Of a stretch of DNA of 24,000 nucleotides, positions 9,984 through 17,876 are shown piece by piece. Source of the DNA: an uncultured Chloroflexia bacterium. Its GTDB lineage: Bacteria; Chloroflexota; Anaerolineae; Anaerolineales; UBA4823. Location: contig CAVWGW010000014.1 of NCBI GenBank assembly GCA_963754615.1, forward strand, positions 210,589 through 234,588, in the 5' to 3' direction. How positions within the stretch are numbered: position 1 is the first letter of the stretch; each line of letters opens with the position of its first letter. Made by a program: the position numbers and the translations under genes. The notes under the pieces are model-generated. The model was not told the origin of the DNA and searched no databases. It saw only the letters and a program-made list of their open reading frames with translations.

Positions 9984-11276
9984 TTACTGAGCTGGATCAT
10001 CACTGTGCTTGGGCGATGTGTCAAACACTATCTGGTCGTAGTTGAATAACCGCTCAAACAAGTCCCGCGCCTGCCTGCGTAGTTTAGGAAAATCCTTGGT
10101 TCCAGATGGTGAAAGGTGGTGAAGGATCGCCTCAATGGTTCGCTCACCATTGATCGCCTCGTACATCTGCTTCTCGTTAGCATTAACCGGCAGAAATATA
10201 TCTGGATCATTATGCATCTGATTGATCAGCACCGCCGCCGCGCCGGAAGGTAAATTTTTCTGTAAACACTTTGTCTCAGGTAAACGAATGGGCACATACG
10301 CCAGCCAGCCATCGTCCTCGAAGCTGGGGAGAAGACAGTCCCCAGGATGGTCATCCCGGTAAAGTATCAGGCTGTGACGCAGCATGTTGCCGCGAAACAG
10401 CTCGACAGCGGCGTACTGTTCGCGCTGCGACAGCTTCGCCAGGCGTGAAGCATGCGGCGTTGTAACCAGGCTCCCGCACTGGGGCAGGTAGGGCGCCTGC
10501 CGGATCCAGCGGGTAAACCTCAGCCCACCCTGCTCAATCAACTCAAAGAGCTGCGGTACCGTATAGGCGCGATCCTGGGGGTTGAGCAAGGCATCGGCAA
10601 GCCCAGCTTTACTGCGGAAGTCTGGTGACTCGGCTAACAGGCGCGCCAGTGGATGAGCGGGCGGCAACGCGGTGAGGGTGTTTGCCAGATCTTTGATCTC
10701 TTTATCCGAATGGCCAATCCCCAATCGGCGGCAATACTCCTGCAGCATGTACACGCCTGCCCGCCCGTAGGTCCCATAGACCATCAGGTGCATCGCGCCG
10801 CTAATCTCAAGCACATCGCGCAGGGCGCGCAGACCTGCGGGCGGATCAGGTAAGTGATGCAGCACGCCCGTGCACACAATCTTGTCGAAGCAGCAGCCCA
10901 GCTCGCCAGCGCGCTCGACAGGTAGTTGATAGACCTCCAGGTTGGTCAGGTGATATTTGCGCTTGAGTGCCTGTGTGTGTCGCAGGCTGGTATCGCTGAT
11001 GTCAATCCCGACCACATAGGAAGCCGGCTGCCGCAAGGCATGTTTGGCTGCCTGGGAGGTGCCGCACCCGGCTACAAGCACCTTCAGGTCTGCGCGATAG
11101 GCTTTGCCCGGCCAATGCAGGTGGAAATCCGCCTGCCGTGCAGCCTCATTCTGCCAGCGCTGGCGATAACCGTCGAGGTCTTCTACTGGAGGCGGATAAG
11201 GATACCGGTCGTAAAAGGCCTCTATAACGCCCCGACCGTCGTCACGTTTCTCACGATAGCCTTCTAAGTCATCCAT
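9984..11276 (-). CDS. Class I SAM-dependent methyltransferase with an uncharacterised ~200-aa C-terminal domain
   Basis: 430-aa ORF. Motif I is VLVAGCGTSQAA, followed by VVGIDIS and FDKIVCTGVLHHLPDP, typical of Methyltransf_11/25-type folds. I do not recognise the C-terminal half. Confidence 0.85.
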   Translation of the reverse strand: MDDLEGYREKRDDGRGVIEAFYDRYPYPPPVEDLDGYRQRWQNEAARQADFHLHWPGKAYRADLKVLVAGCGTSQAAKHALRQPASYVVGIDISDTSLRHTQALKRKYHLTNLEVYQLPVERAGELGCCFDKIVCTGVLHHLPDPPAGLRALRDVLEISGAMHLMVYGTYGRAGVYMLQEYCRRLGIGHSDKEIKDLANTLTALPPAHPLARLLAESPDFRSKAGLADALLNPQDRAYTVPQLFELIEQGGLRFTRWIRQAPYLPQCGSLVTTPHASRLAKLSQREQYAAVELFRGNMLRHSLILYRDDHPGDCLLPSFEDDGWLAYVPIRLPETKCLQKNLPSGAAAVLINQMHNDPDIFLPVNANEKQMYEAINGERTIEAILHHLSPSGTKDFPKLRRQARDLFERLFNYDQIVFDTSPKHSDDPAQ

Positions 11277-11285
11277 CCCTCAGAT

Positions 11286-11334
11286 CGCAAAACTGCAGGT
11301 GCAATGCGCCACGCGCGAATGTTGCACCTGCAGT
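11286..11334 (-). terminator. Hairpin with short T-run between the sulfatase and the methyltransferase (terminator or attenuator)
   Basis: Perfect 13-bp stem actgcaggtgcaa (11292-11304) / ttgcacctgcagt (11322-11334) with a 17-nt loop. It begins 12 nt after the sulfatase stop (11346). On the minus strand it is followed by tttgcg. Confidence 0.45.
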
Positions 11335-11345
11335 CCTCAAGGCTG

Positions 11346-12882
11346 CTAGGAATCAAAACTCTGTTCCATCTTTTCCATCACCTGGTCTATGCCGAAGCTG
11401 GCTGCCTTCATGCGCGGCGGGAACTCCTGGAACGTTTGCAGGAACTCCTTGACGATATACTGGGCAGCATAGGTCAAGTAGATGCGGTCAATCATCCAAT
11501 CAAAATAGGTGTTGGAGGTGATGTCCGCCCGTTCGAATGGGTCTGTGCGCAGGTTGAAGATCTTGGGTACGCGCAAGAAGACGAATGGCTCGGCCCAGAT
11601 CTGGACTGTGCCCTGAACGTGTTGTTCAGCGAATACAAACTTCCAATTGTCGTAGCGCAGCCCGACCAGATCGCCGTCATCGGAGAAGTAGATAAGACCC
11701 TGGCGCGGGCCTTTCTGCTCCTGACCGGTAAAGTAGGGCAAGAAGTTGTAGCCATCAATGTGTACCTTGAAGGTCTTGTCTCCGGCTTTGTGTCCCTGCT
11801 TAAGCTTGTTGGTGATATCAGGATCGCCAGCTGCCGCCAGCAGGGTGGGAAGCCAATCGGTGTGGCTGATGATCTCATTTGAGACCGTGCCCGCCTTGAT
11901 CTTGCCGGGCCAGCGCACCAACTCGGGAATGCGAAAAGCGCCTTCCCAGTTGGAGTTCTTTTCGTTGCGGAAGGGGGTCATGGCTCCATCGGGCCAGGTG
12001 TTCATGTGCGGGCCGTTGTCGGTGGAATACATCACGATGGTATCGTCAGCAATGCCCAGCTCGTCCAGCAGGTCGAGCATCTGGCCGACGTGCTTGTCGT
12101 GCTCCACCATCACGTCGTGGTAGAAGGACTGCCAGCGCCCGGCCTGGCCTAGCACGTGCTCCGGCGGGTGGACGCGGAAGTGCATCCAAGTGGTGTTGAA
12201 CCAGACGAAGAAGGGCTTGTCGTCGTCGTGGGCGCGCTTGATGAAGTCCTGTGCCGCGACCAGGAACTCGGTGTCACAAGTTTCCATGCGCTTTTTAGTC
12301 AGCGGGCCGGTGTCCTCGATGCGCTGCTTACCGACACGGCCCCAGCGCGGGTGCTCAGTGGGGTCGTCCTTCTTCGGTGGCCCAGGTGTGCAGCACGCCG
12401 CGCGGTCCGAAGATGTTCTTGAAGTTGGGAAAGTCCGCCTCGGGCGGATAGTCCACGTTCTCCGGCTCCTCATCGGCGTTTAGGTGATAGAGGTTGCCAA
12501 AGAACTCGTCGAAGCCGTGGACGGTGGGCAGGTATTTATTCCTGTCACCGAAGTGGTTCTTGCCGAACTGGCCGGTGACATAGCCCAGCGGCTTGAGCAG
12601 CTCGGCAATGGTGGCGTCTTCGGCCTGCAAGCCAACGTCAGCTCCCGGCATACCCACCTTGGTGAGGCCGGTGCGGTAGGGGTTTTGCCCGGTGATAAAG
12701 GCGGAGCGCCCTGCAGTGCAGCTCTGCTGGCCGTACGAATCAGTAAAGCGCATGCCTTCATTAGCGATGCGGTCAATGTTGGGGGTGTGGTAACCCATCA
12801 ACCCACTGCTATAACAGCTCAGGTTGGTGATGCCGACATCGTCGCCCCATATAATGAGTATATTAGGTTTTTTGCTTGGCAT
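11346..12882 (-). pseudogene. Cys-type (formylglycine) sulfatase / arylsulfatase; one frame break as sequenced
   Basis: N-terminal piece (12882->12355): [17 protein letters not shown]... with the FGly motif [12 protein letters not shown] (C-x-A-x-R). The C-terminal piece (frame of ORF 12473->11346) continues as [24 protein letters not shown]...STDNGPH...FNLRTDPFERAD. Skipping one base near 12358-12375 restores the frame; 1537-1 = 1536 nt = 512 codons. AGGAG lies 6 nt upstream of the ATG. Confidence 0.9.
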
Positions 12883-12891
12883 AATGATCTC

Positions 12892-14277
12892 CTATATTTG
12901 ATTCTCAATGTCTGATCGCTTGAAAGTACGCGGACCAATGACAGATTTGGACTGTTTTCTGTAACCGCGCGAGGGAGGTTTCCAGCCATGGCAGGCTTGA
13001 AACTTTAAGCCGCTGCCGCAAGGGCAAGGTTGGTCCGGTTTGGAATATTGGTAAGCTAGCGTTAATTCCTCCTTTTTCTCAGCAAGAATTTGCATCACCT
13101 CTGAAGCGTGCCGGTCATTAAACAATAACATCGCCATGATCTTCATCGGCCCATCTGCTCGTTGGAAGAATGCTTTGTATCCAGCACAAAGATAGTTTAA
13201 ACCGGGTTCCCCATCTGGGGTTAGGAGGAAGCGATTCTTAGGACACTCACCGTTGCAGGCAAATAGCACCGGGCATTCCAGGCAATATTTGGGTAAAGTA
13301 TCGCACTTATTCTCTCCAAATCTGTACTGCTCATCGGAGCTTACCAGTTCAAGCAAGGGTAGCTGGTTGATGTTTCCGAGCAGATAATCTGGCTCGACAA
13401 AATGATCGCAGGAGTAAAGATCGCCGTTGTGCTCAAGCGCCAGGCCATATCCGCAAGTCTTATCAAAGACGCACATTCCAGAGCTGGGCAGCCGCATCCA
13501 GTTGCGCAGGGCTGCCTCGAAGGTCTGAACAAATATCTGCCCGACATCGTTGTGGACCCACTCGTCAAAGACCTGAATCAGGAAACGACCAAACTGCTCA
13601 GGACGCACCGATCTTGGGGACAGTCGATCCCCCACCTGGATCAAGTTCAGCCCATCTGGATTCATGCGTTCGATCACTGGGATGAACTGGATCCACTTTG
13701 TGCCAATTTCGTCTCGTAGAAATCTGTAAACCTCCACAGGATGATCGGCGTTGTTATGGTTGACGGTGGTCAGGATATTGTACTCAACCTCATGCTTCTG
13801 CAAAAGCCTCAGGCCACGTATTACCTTGTCGAAGGTCGGCGCGCCGCTCTTATCAACGCGGTAGAAATCGTGCAAGTGGCGGGGGCCATCCAGGCTTAGC
13901 CCGATCAGGAAATTGTTCTCCTTGAAAAACTGGCACCATTCGTCGTCCAACAGCGTGCCGTTGGTCTGCATGGTATTCTCAAAAGTCATGCCGGGGCGCC
14001 GGTACTTCTCCTGGATCTGAATCGCCTTGCGATAAAACTCTACTCCCATCAATGTTGGCTCTCCACCCTGCCAGGCGACCGTAACTTCATTACTACGATG
14101 GGTCTCGATCAGCTGCTTAATATATGCGTCCAATGTCTCTTCCGACATGCGGAACTTGCTATTCGGGTAGAGTAGCGATTTGTCCAAAAAGTAACAATAC
14201 GAGCAGGCCAGGTTGCAGATGGCTCCGTTGGGTTTAGCAAGGATGTGGATGCGGGGTGGGATTATAGTTTGACCCAT
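12892..14277 (-). CDS. Anaerobic sulfatase-maturating enzyme (radical SAM/SPASM) with a C-terminal SEC-C motif
   Basis: 461-aa ORF. Radical-SAM cluster CNLACSYCYF (CxxxCxxC) sits at residues ~21-30. Cys-rich SPASM region: CDHF..., CLECPVLFACNGECPKNR. C-terminal PCPCGSGLKFQACHG. Its stop (12892-12894) overlaps the sulfatase Shine-Dalgarno, giving a tight operon. Confidence 0.9.
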   Translation of the reverse strand: MGQTIIPPRIHILAKPNGAICNLACSYCYFLDKSLLYPNSKFRMSEETLDAYIKQLIETHRSNEVTVAWQGGEPTLMGVEFYRKAIQIQEKYRRPGMTFENTMQTNGTLLDDEWCQFFKENNFLIGLSLDGPRHLHDFYRVDKSGAPTFDKVIRGLRLLQKHEVEYNILTTVNHNNADHPVEVYRFLRDEIGTKWIQFIPVIERMNPDGLNLIQVGDRLSPRSVRPEQFGRFLIQVFDEWVHNDVGQIFVQTFEAALRNWMRLPSSGMCVFDKTCGYGLALEHNGDLYSCDHFVEPDYLLGNINQLPLLELVSSDEQYRFGENKCDTLPKYCLECPVLFACNGECPKNRFLLTPDGEPGLNYLCAGYKAFFQRADGPMKIMAMLLFNDRHASEVMQILAEKKEELTLAYQYSKPDQPCPCGSGLKFQACHGWKPPSRGYRKQSKSVIGPRTFKRSDIENQI

Positions 14278-14617
14278 GATTTAATTATTATTCAAGCCTG
14301 ACTTTATAAAATGTAAATCAGGATGAGAACACTGATCAAAATTTTCGATACTGGAAAGATGGGGGTTTCTGGGGGCTGAGGTTAATGATCTATCGCATAG
14401 ATTAGACTGCATACTCCGAGACCTCAGACGCACTTCGCCAGGATGATCATCCAAAGGACTGGAAGGATTATATCATACGAGGAATAAACACCCACGATGA
14501 TCACTGGATCCTTATTTTGGGATTCCATATCAGTAGTGTAATCATCGATCCCTAATAAGGTTCTCTGTGGCTAACTTGTTTCTATCTGTCCTACTGACAA
14601 CGAAGGTATATGCCCCC

Positions 14618-14667
14618 ATCCCTGCCTTCCCCCATTCGTGATCTTTCGAATGGGGGAAGGCAGGGAT
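14618..14667. repeat. Hairpin A: perfect 21-bp stem with GGGGGAAGG core
   Basis: atccctgccttcccccattcg (14618-14638) / loop tgatcttt / cgaatgggggaaggcagggat (14647-14667) are exact reverse complements. Confidence 0.9.
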
Positions 14668-14681
14668 CATCCGTGTTTTTT

Positions 14682-14717
14682 CCTTCCCCCAAATATGACT
14701 TTTAATTTGGGGGAAGG
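14682..14717. repeat. Hairpin B: perfect 13-bp stem, abutting the DUF559 stop codon
   Basis: ccttcccccaaat (14682-14694) / 10-nt loop / atttgggggaagg (14705-14717). It is preceded by T6. The stop codon of the DUF559 gene is 14718-14720. Confidence 0.9.
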
Positions 14718-15083
14718 TCAGGAAGGGGGCGAGTCATGGAGTGCCAGGTCAATCGACCACATCACACCTTCGATATCATTCATCACTTCACTATTCCAAA
14801 AACGCAGAACATAATAACCTTTTGATTCGAGAAAAGCGGATCGCTCATCATCGTATTCCCTCTGGTCGAGATGTTGGCTCCCATCCAGCTCGATAACGAG
14901 CTTTTTTCGCGGAGCACAAAAATCGACAATAAAGTTTCCAATCGCGTGTTGGCGGCGAAAATGAACGCCCTCCATGCGGTGAGCGCGCAGAAATGACCAC
15001 AGCCTCGCTTCAGCTTCTGTTTGATTGTGCCTTAGTTCACCTGCTCGATGCATCATTTTTGGAGTTGTGTTCTTAGATTTCAT
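14718..15083 (-). CDS. DUF559 / Vsr-like endonuclease-domain protein
   Basis: 121-aa ORF: ...LRHNQTEAEARLWSFLRAHRMEGVHFRRQHAIGNFIVDFCAPRKKLVIELDGSQHLDQREYDDERSAFLESKGYYVLRFWNSEV, the pattern I associate with DUF559 (PF04480). AGGAG lies 5-6 nt upstream of the ATG. Confidence 0.85.
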   Translation of the reverse strand: MKSKNTTPKMMHRAGELRHNQTEAEARLWSFLRAHRMEGVHFRRQHAIGNFIVDFCAPRKKLVIELDGSQHLDQREYDDERSAFLESKGYYVLRFWNSEVMNDIEGVMWSIDLALHDSPPS

Positions 15084-15105
15084 GATTGCTCCTGCCCCTT
15101 CCCAG

Positions 15106-15141
15106 CCTTCCCCAATTCGTGATTTTTCGAATGGAGGAAGG
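15106..15141. repeat. Hairpin A': degenerate copy of hairpin A
   Basis: ccttccccaattcg (15106-15119) / cgaatggaggaagg (15128-15141) pair at 12 of 14 positions. The sequence gccttccccaattcgtgatttttcgaatggaggaagg parallels hairpin A, including the tgat-t-ttt loop. Confidence 0.75.
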
Positions 15142-15214
15142 AGGATATTTCACTTACTCATTTCTATCCTTTTCATATATTTTACTTTAATTGGGAAAAT
15201 CCCCCATATTTTTT

Positions 15215-15251
15215 CCTTCCCCCAAATCTGCCTTTTTAATTTGGGGAAAGG
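15215..15251. repeat. Hairpin B': near-identical copy of hairpin B
   Basis: ttttttccttcccccaaat is identical to the B copy. The arms ccttcccccaaat (15215-15227) / atttggggaaagg (15239-15251) pair at 12 of 13 positions. Confidence 0.8.
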
Positions 15252-15406
15252 TCTCGAAATGATAGAATAATGTGAGGCTGTTTACCGGAAGCGGGACAAA
15301 AGGATCGGAAAATGGTTGATGATGTTTAGGTAAAATTAATACCTTCTCTCCTCGGTGGAGCGAAGGAATGCGTATTTAAAGTTGAATTATGTGAGGAGCC
15401 TGGGCT

Positions 15407-16399
15407 ATGACAATGTTTATCACGGGCGGAACGAGCTCAATCGGACGCGTATTGGTCAAGGAGCTGGCAAAGGCAGGCACTCCCCTGCGAGTGTTGGCGA
15501 GAAAGACATCAAATAAAAGCGGGCTGGAGCTGCCTGGCGTGGAATTTGTTTACGGCGACGTGGTTGATCCTGATGCCGTGCGGAAAGGAATGGAAAACTG
15601 TCAAAGCGTCGTTCATATGGCGGCTGTTGTCGGGCAAAATGTGCCTGAGGCTGAATGGTGGCGGGTAAACCGGGACGGCAGCCGGAATGTGCTGCAAGCT
15701 GCCTTTGACCAGGGTATGGATAGTGTTGTGCAGGTAAGCACATTGTCGGTGTTTGGGCCGACCCAACCTGGAGAAATCGCCGATGAAACCCGCCCGATTG
15801 AAGTCAGCAAGTATTTCAACCTCTATCAAAAAACCAAGCATGCCGCCGATGTGATCGCCAGAGAGTTCGCAGCGAAGGGTCTTCCTGTAAAGATCGTTTA
15901 TCCTGGGTTTGGTTTTGGATGCTCACACGCCTCCAGCCACCCGAGCATGCAAGATCAAACGCTCTTGCGCATGGCGGCAGGAAAGCCGGTGGCGATTATG
16001 GGGAGCGGGAAAAACCGGCTTTTCCTGGCTTACTACAAGGATACCGCAGCGGGAATTCTGCTCGCCCACGCGAAAGGTAAAACCGGGGAAGGTTATATCC
16101 TGGGGAACGAGAACCTGACCTTTGTCGAAATATGGTCTGCGATTGCAGACTTATTCGGAAAGGATGCGCCTGGCAGGCGGATTCCTTTACGAGCATTAAA
16201 GGTTCTTTCGACAGCGGGAAGATTATTCACAGGGAAAACCATCTTCCCGCCAGAGTTCTTCGAAATGATCGGATTGAACTGGTGTTTCAGCAATCGCAAA
16301 GCGATAGCGGAATTAGGCTGGCGTCCCCTACCGTTTAAAGAAGCCATTGCTGAAACCTGGGCAGATTTCCAGCGCCAGGGTTGGGCAGTGCGTAAATAA
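15407..16399 (+). CDS. NAD(P)-dependent epimerase/dehydratase (extended SDR family)
   Basis: 330-aa ORF. N-terminal Rossmann motif ITGGTSSIGRVL, catalytic YQKTK (YxxxK), and an upstream serine region VQVSTLSVFG. GAGGAG lies 8 nt upstream of the ATG. Confidence 0.85.
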   Translation: MTMFITGGTSSIGRVLVKELAKAGTPLRVLARKTSNKSGLELPGVEFVYGDVVDPDAVRKGMENCQSVVHMAAVVGQNVPEAEWWRVNRDGSRNVLQAAFDQGMDSVVQVSTLSVFGPTQPGEIADETRPIEVSKYFNLYQKTKHAADVIAREFAAKGLPVKIVYPGFGFGCSHASSHPSMQDQTLLRMAAGKPVAIMGSGKNRLFLAYYKDTAAGILLAHAKGKTGEGYILGNENLTFVEIWSAIADLFGKDAPGRRIPLRALKVLSTAGRLFTGKTIFPPEFFEMIGLNWCFSNRKAIAELGWRPLPFKEAIAETWADFQRQGWAVRK

Positions 16400-16418
16400 C
16401 GACCTTCTTTCCTGAAAG

Positions 16419-16544
16419 TTAATCCACTTCCGGCACGAAAGTCTGGTCGGTTATCGGTGGACGGACACAACCTGCATCTTCCTGGCGCGGGAGGAGCGCG
16501 ATCGGCTCGGGAGTCAGGTCCTGGTAGGGATTTATTGTGAGCAC
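16419..16544 (-). pseudogene. Orphan 3'-terminal fragment of a PPK2 gene (about 40 codons plus stop)
   Basis: In an ungapped hand alignment, 101 of 126 nt match the 3' end of the intact PPK2 gene (17877-18002). It translates to VLTINPYQDLTPEPIALLPRQEDAGCVRPPITDQTFVPEVD*, versus LLSMIPYQDLTPEEITLPPRQEDAGYVRPPITDQTFVPEVY* in PPK2. Similarity stops at the stop codon and at ~16544. Confidence 0.75.
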
Positions 16545-16613
16545 AGTAGTTGGCAACAAAGTAAGAAACCTGGATAAGGTATAATAAAAATAGATTGGTG
16601 AAAGGAATTCAGA

Positions 16614-16907
16614 ATGTTAAATCAAGTAGTCATTCAAAGCCAAACGGGAAAAGAATCGATCAAGCCATTGGTAGAAATTGCCGTCCGCAACCAGTTAAAA
16701 TCGCTCAAGCATGGCATCGAGCGCACCAAGGAACAACTGGCAGCGTTCGAACAACGCTTTGGCATAAGCACTGCCGAAATGGAACGTCGCTTGAAAGCTG
16801 GTAGTCTGGAAGAAACGCTAGATACCATCGATTGGTGTATGGAGATAGAGGCTTTGCGCTTGCTCGAAGAGCAGTACAAAACCTTGAGCGAGGCTAGCAT
16901 TGATTGA
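16614..16907 (+). CDS. Small helical protein, probable antitoxin-like partner of the downstream TumE/DUF6516-like gene
   Basis: 97-aa ORF rich in predicted helix (…LKHGIERTKEQLAAFEQRFGISTAEMERRLKAGSLEETLDTIDWCMEIEALRLLEEQ…). Its stop overlaps the TTG start of the next ORF by 8 nt. A perfect TATAAT at 16580-16585 lies 28 nt upstream of the ATG. Confidence 0.6.
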   Translation: MLNQVVIQSQTGKESIKPLVEIAVRNQLKSLKHGIERTKEQLAAFEQRFGISTAEMERRLKAGSLEETLDTIDWCMEIEALRLLEEQYKTLSEASID

Positions 16908-17290
16908 AGAATATTTTCAGGCACAATTAAACCTGCTTTCTAGTCTGCCCTATGTCGAAAATTCGCACATCAACCTGGAAAAACGGGCTGACATGGTGGG
17001 ATTTATTCGCGGGGATATCGAATTCCAAGACGGTTCTCATCTACATTACAGAGAACTTGTCGATTTACGCCAACCCATGCGCCTGGTTATGTACGCTTAT
17101 CACTATCAAAAGCAAGCTGGATGGATTGATTTTCCGATATGATAATACTGCTCATTACATGAATATCGACACTTTTCCTTATCACAAACATAGCGGCGAG
17201 GGAGAGGTCCTGGCAGCACAAGCACCTGATCTGGAAAAAGTGTTGCGTGAAATTGAACCACTCATTAATCCGGATCAAATGGATTCCTGA
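16900..17290 (+). pseudogene. TumE / DUF6516-like toxin-family protein; one frame break as sequenced
   Basis: Frame 1 (16900-17142) gives MIEEYFQAQLNLL...HLHYRELVDLRQPMRLVMYAYHYQKQAG. Frame 2 (to 17290) continues LIFRYDNTAHYMNIDTFPYHKHSGEGEVLAAQAPDLEKVLREIE. The Y-x-YH-Y ... RYDN-x-x-H ... PHHKH pattern is what I recall for DUF6516. 391-1 = 390 nt = 130 codons. Confidence 0.6.
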
Positions 17291-17346
17291 AATAAAAAAA
17301 TTTCAGATTAAATTTGCCACAAATTTCAAGCATAAAAAACTATTAT

Positions 17347-17775
17347 TCACTGCCAGCCAAATTCACTGTAATAAACGCTGGCTTGATAATTTTCGATTGC
17401 ACGCTTCACATACGGGATTGTATTATTTGGCAAAGCATCCACAGCCACCCAAGCTAAATCGTCGCATTTTTGCGGCTCGTTATTGGTCACCTCCCCAACC
17501 CAATGCCTGACCGCCATAAAAAAATCAATCCGTTCATCTTCCGATTTACGATGCATCACATGCACGATTTGAATGTCCGTTGGCTCAAGCATCACACCAA
17601 TTTCTTCATTTGCCTCACGCATAGCGGCCTGGGTTACGGTCTCACCTGCGTCCACATGCCCAGCTACGACGCTGTAGCTGCCATCTTCATAGCCCGTATT
17701 GAAACGGCGTAATAATAAGATTTGTTGATCGTGTAAAAAGAATAAATGGACGGCAACGGGAAATTTACTGCGCAT
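17347..17775 (-). CDS. Nudix hydrolase
   Basis: 142-aa ORF with the canonical Nudix box GHVDAGETVTQAAMREANEEIGV (G-x5-E-x7-REUxEExGU). Confidence 0.9.
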   Translation of the reverse strand: MRSKFPVAVHLFFLHDQQILLLRRFNTGYEDGSYSVVAGHVDAGETVTQAAMREANEEIGVMLEPTDIQIVHVMHRKSEDERIDFFMAVRHWVGEVTNNEPQKCDDLAWVAVDALPNNTIPYVKRAIENYQASVYYSEFGWQ

Positions 17776-17876
17776 AACACCTCAGCACCTGCTGTCAAAG
17801 GGATAGTACCGAGTTCCTTCAGAACGATGGAGCCGGAGACTATTTTCAGTTCTGCCGGGTTAGGGGCTGCCCGCAG

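Noticed and set aside
9843-10049. 68-aa plus-strand ORF in and around the MscS-methyltransferase spacer
   Set aside because: It is an AT-rich promoter-like spacer that overlaps the methyltransferase 3' end antisense, with no ribosome-binding site or motif.
11304-12915. Plus-strand ORFs 11304..11882, 11758..12123, 12156..12483 and 12484..12915
   Set aside because: They are antisense shadows of the sulfatase gene, and their Arg/Gly/Ala-rich translations have no recognisable motifs.
14424-14528. 34-aa hydrophobic minus-strand micro-ORF (MESQNKDPVIIVGVYSSYDIILPVLWMIILAKCV) between DUF559 and anSME
   Set aside because: It has no ribosome-binding site and no recognisable family, and a chance occurrence in AT-rich spacer DNA is plausible.
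14334-14668. Eight GATC sites in ~335 nt of intergenic DNA (possible Dam/SeqA or origin-like cluster)
   Set aside because: GATC is frequent throughout this window (roughly one per 100-150 nt by eye), so the enrichment is only about threefold. Two sites belong to the hairpin repeats, and I saw no DnaA-box-like pattern.
14618-15251. Hairpin repeats as a possible CRISPR array
   Set aside because: There are only two copies of each of two different palindromes, with irregular spacing, a protein-coding gene between them, and no cas genes.
15025-15270. 81-aa plus-strand ORF
   Set aside because: It runs antisense over the DUF559 start and straight through hairpins A' and B', so its sequence is dictated by the repeats.
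16093-16470. 125-aa minus-strand ORF
   Set aside because: It overlaps the epimerase 3' end antisense and reads the PPK2 remnant out of frame. The in-frame reading of the remnant matches the PPK2 C-terminus instead.
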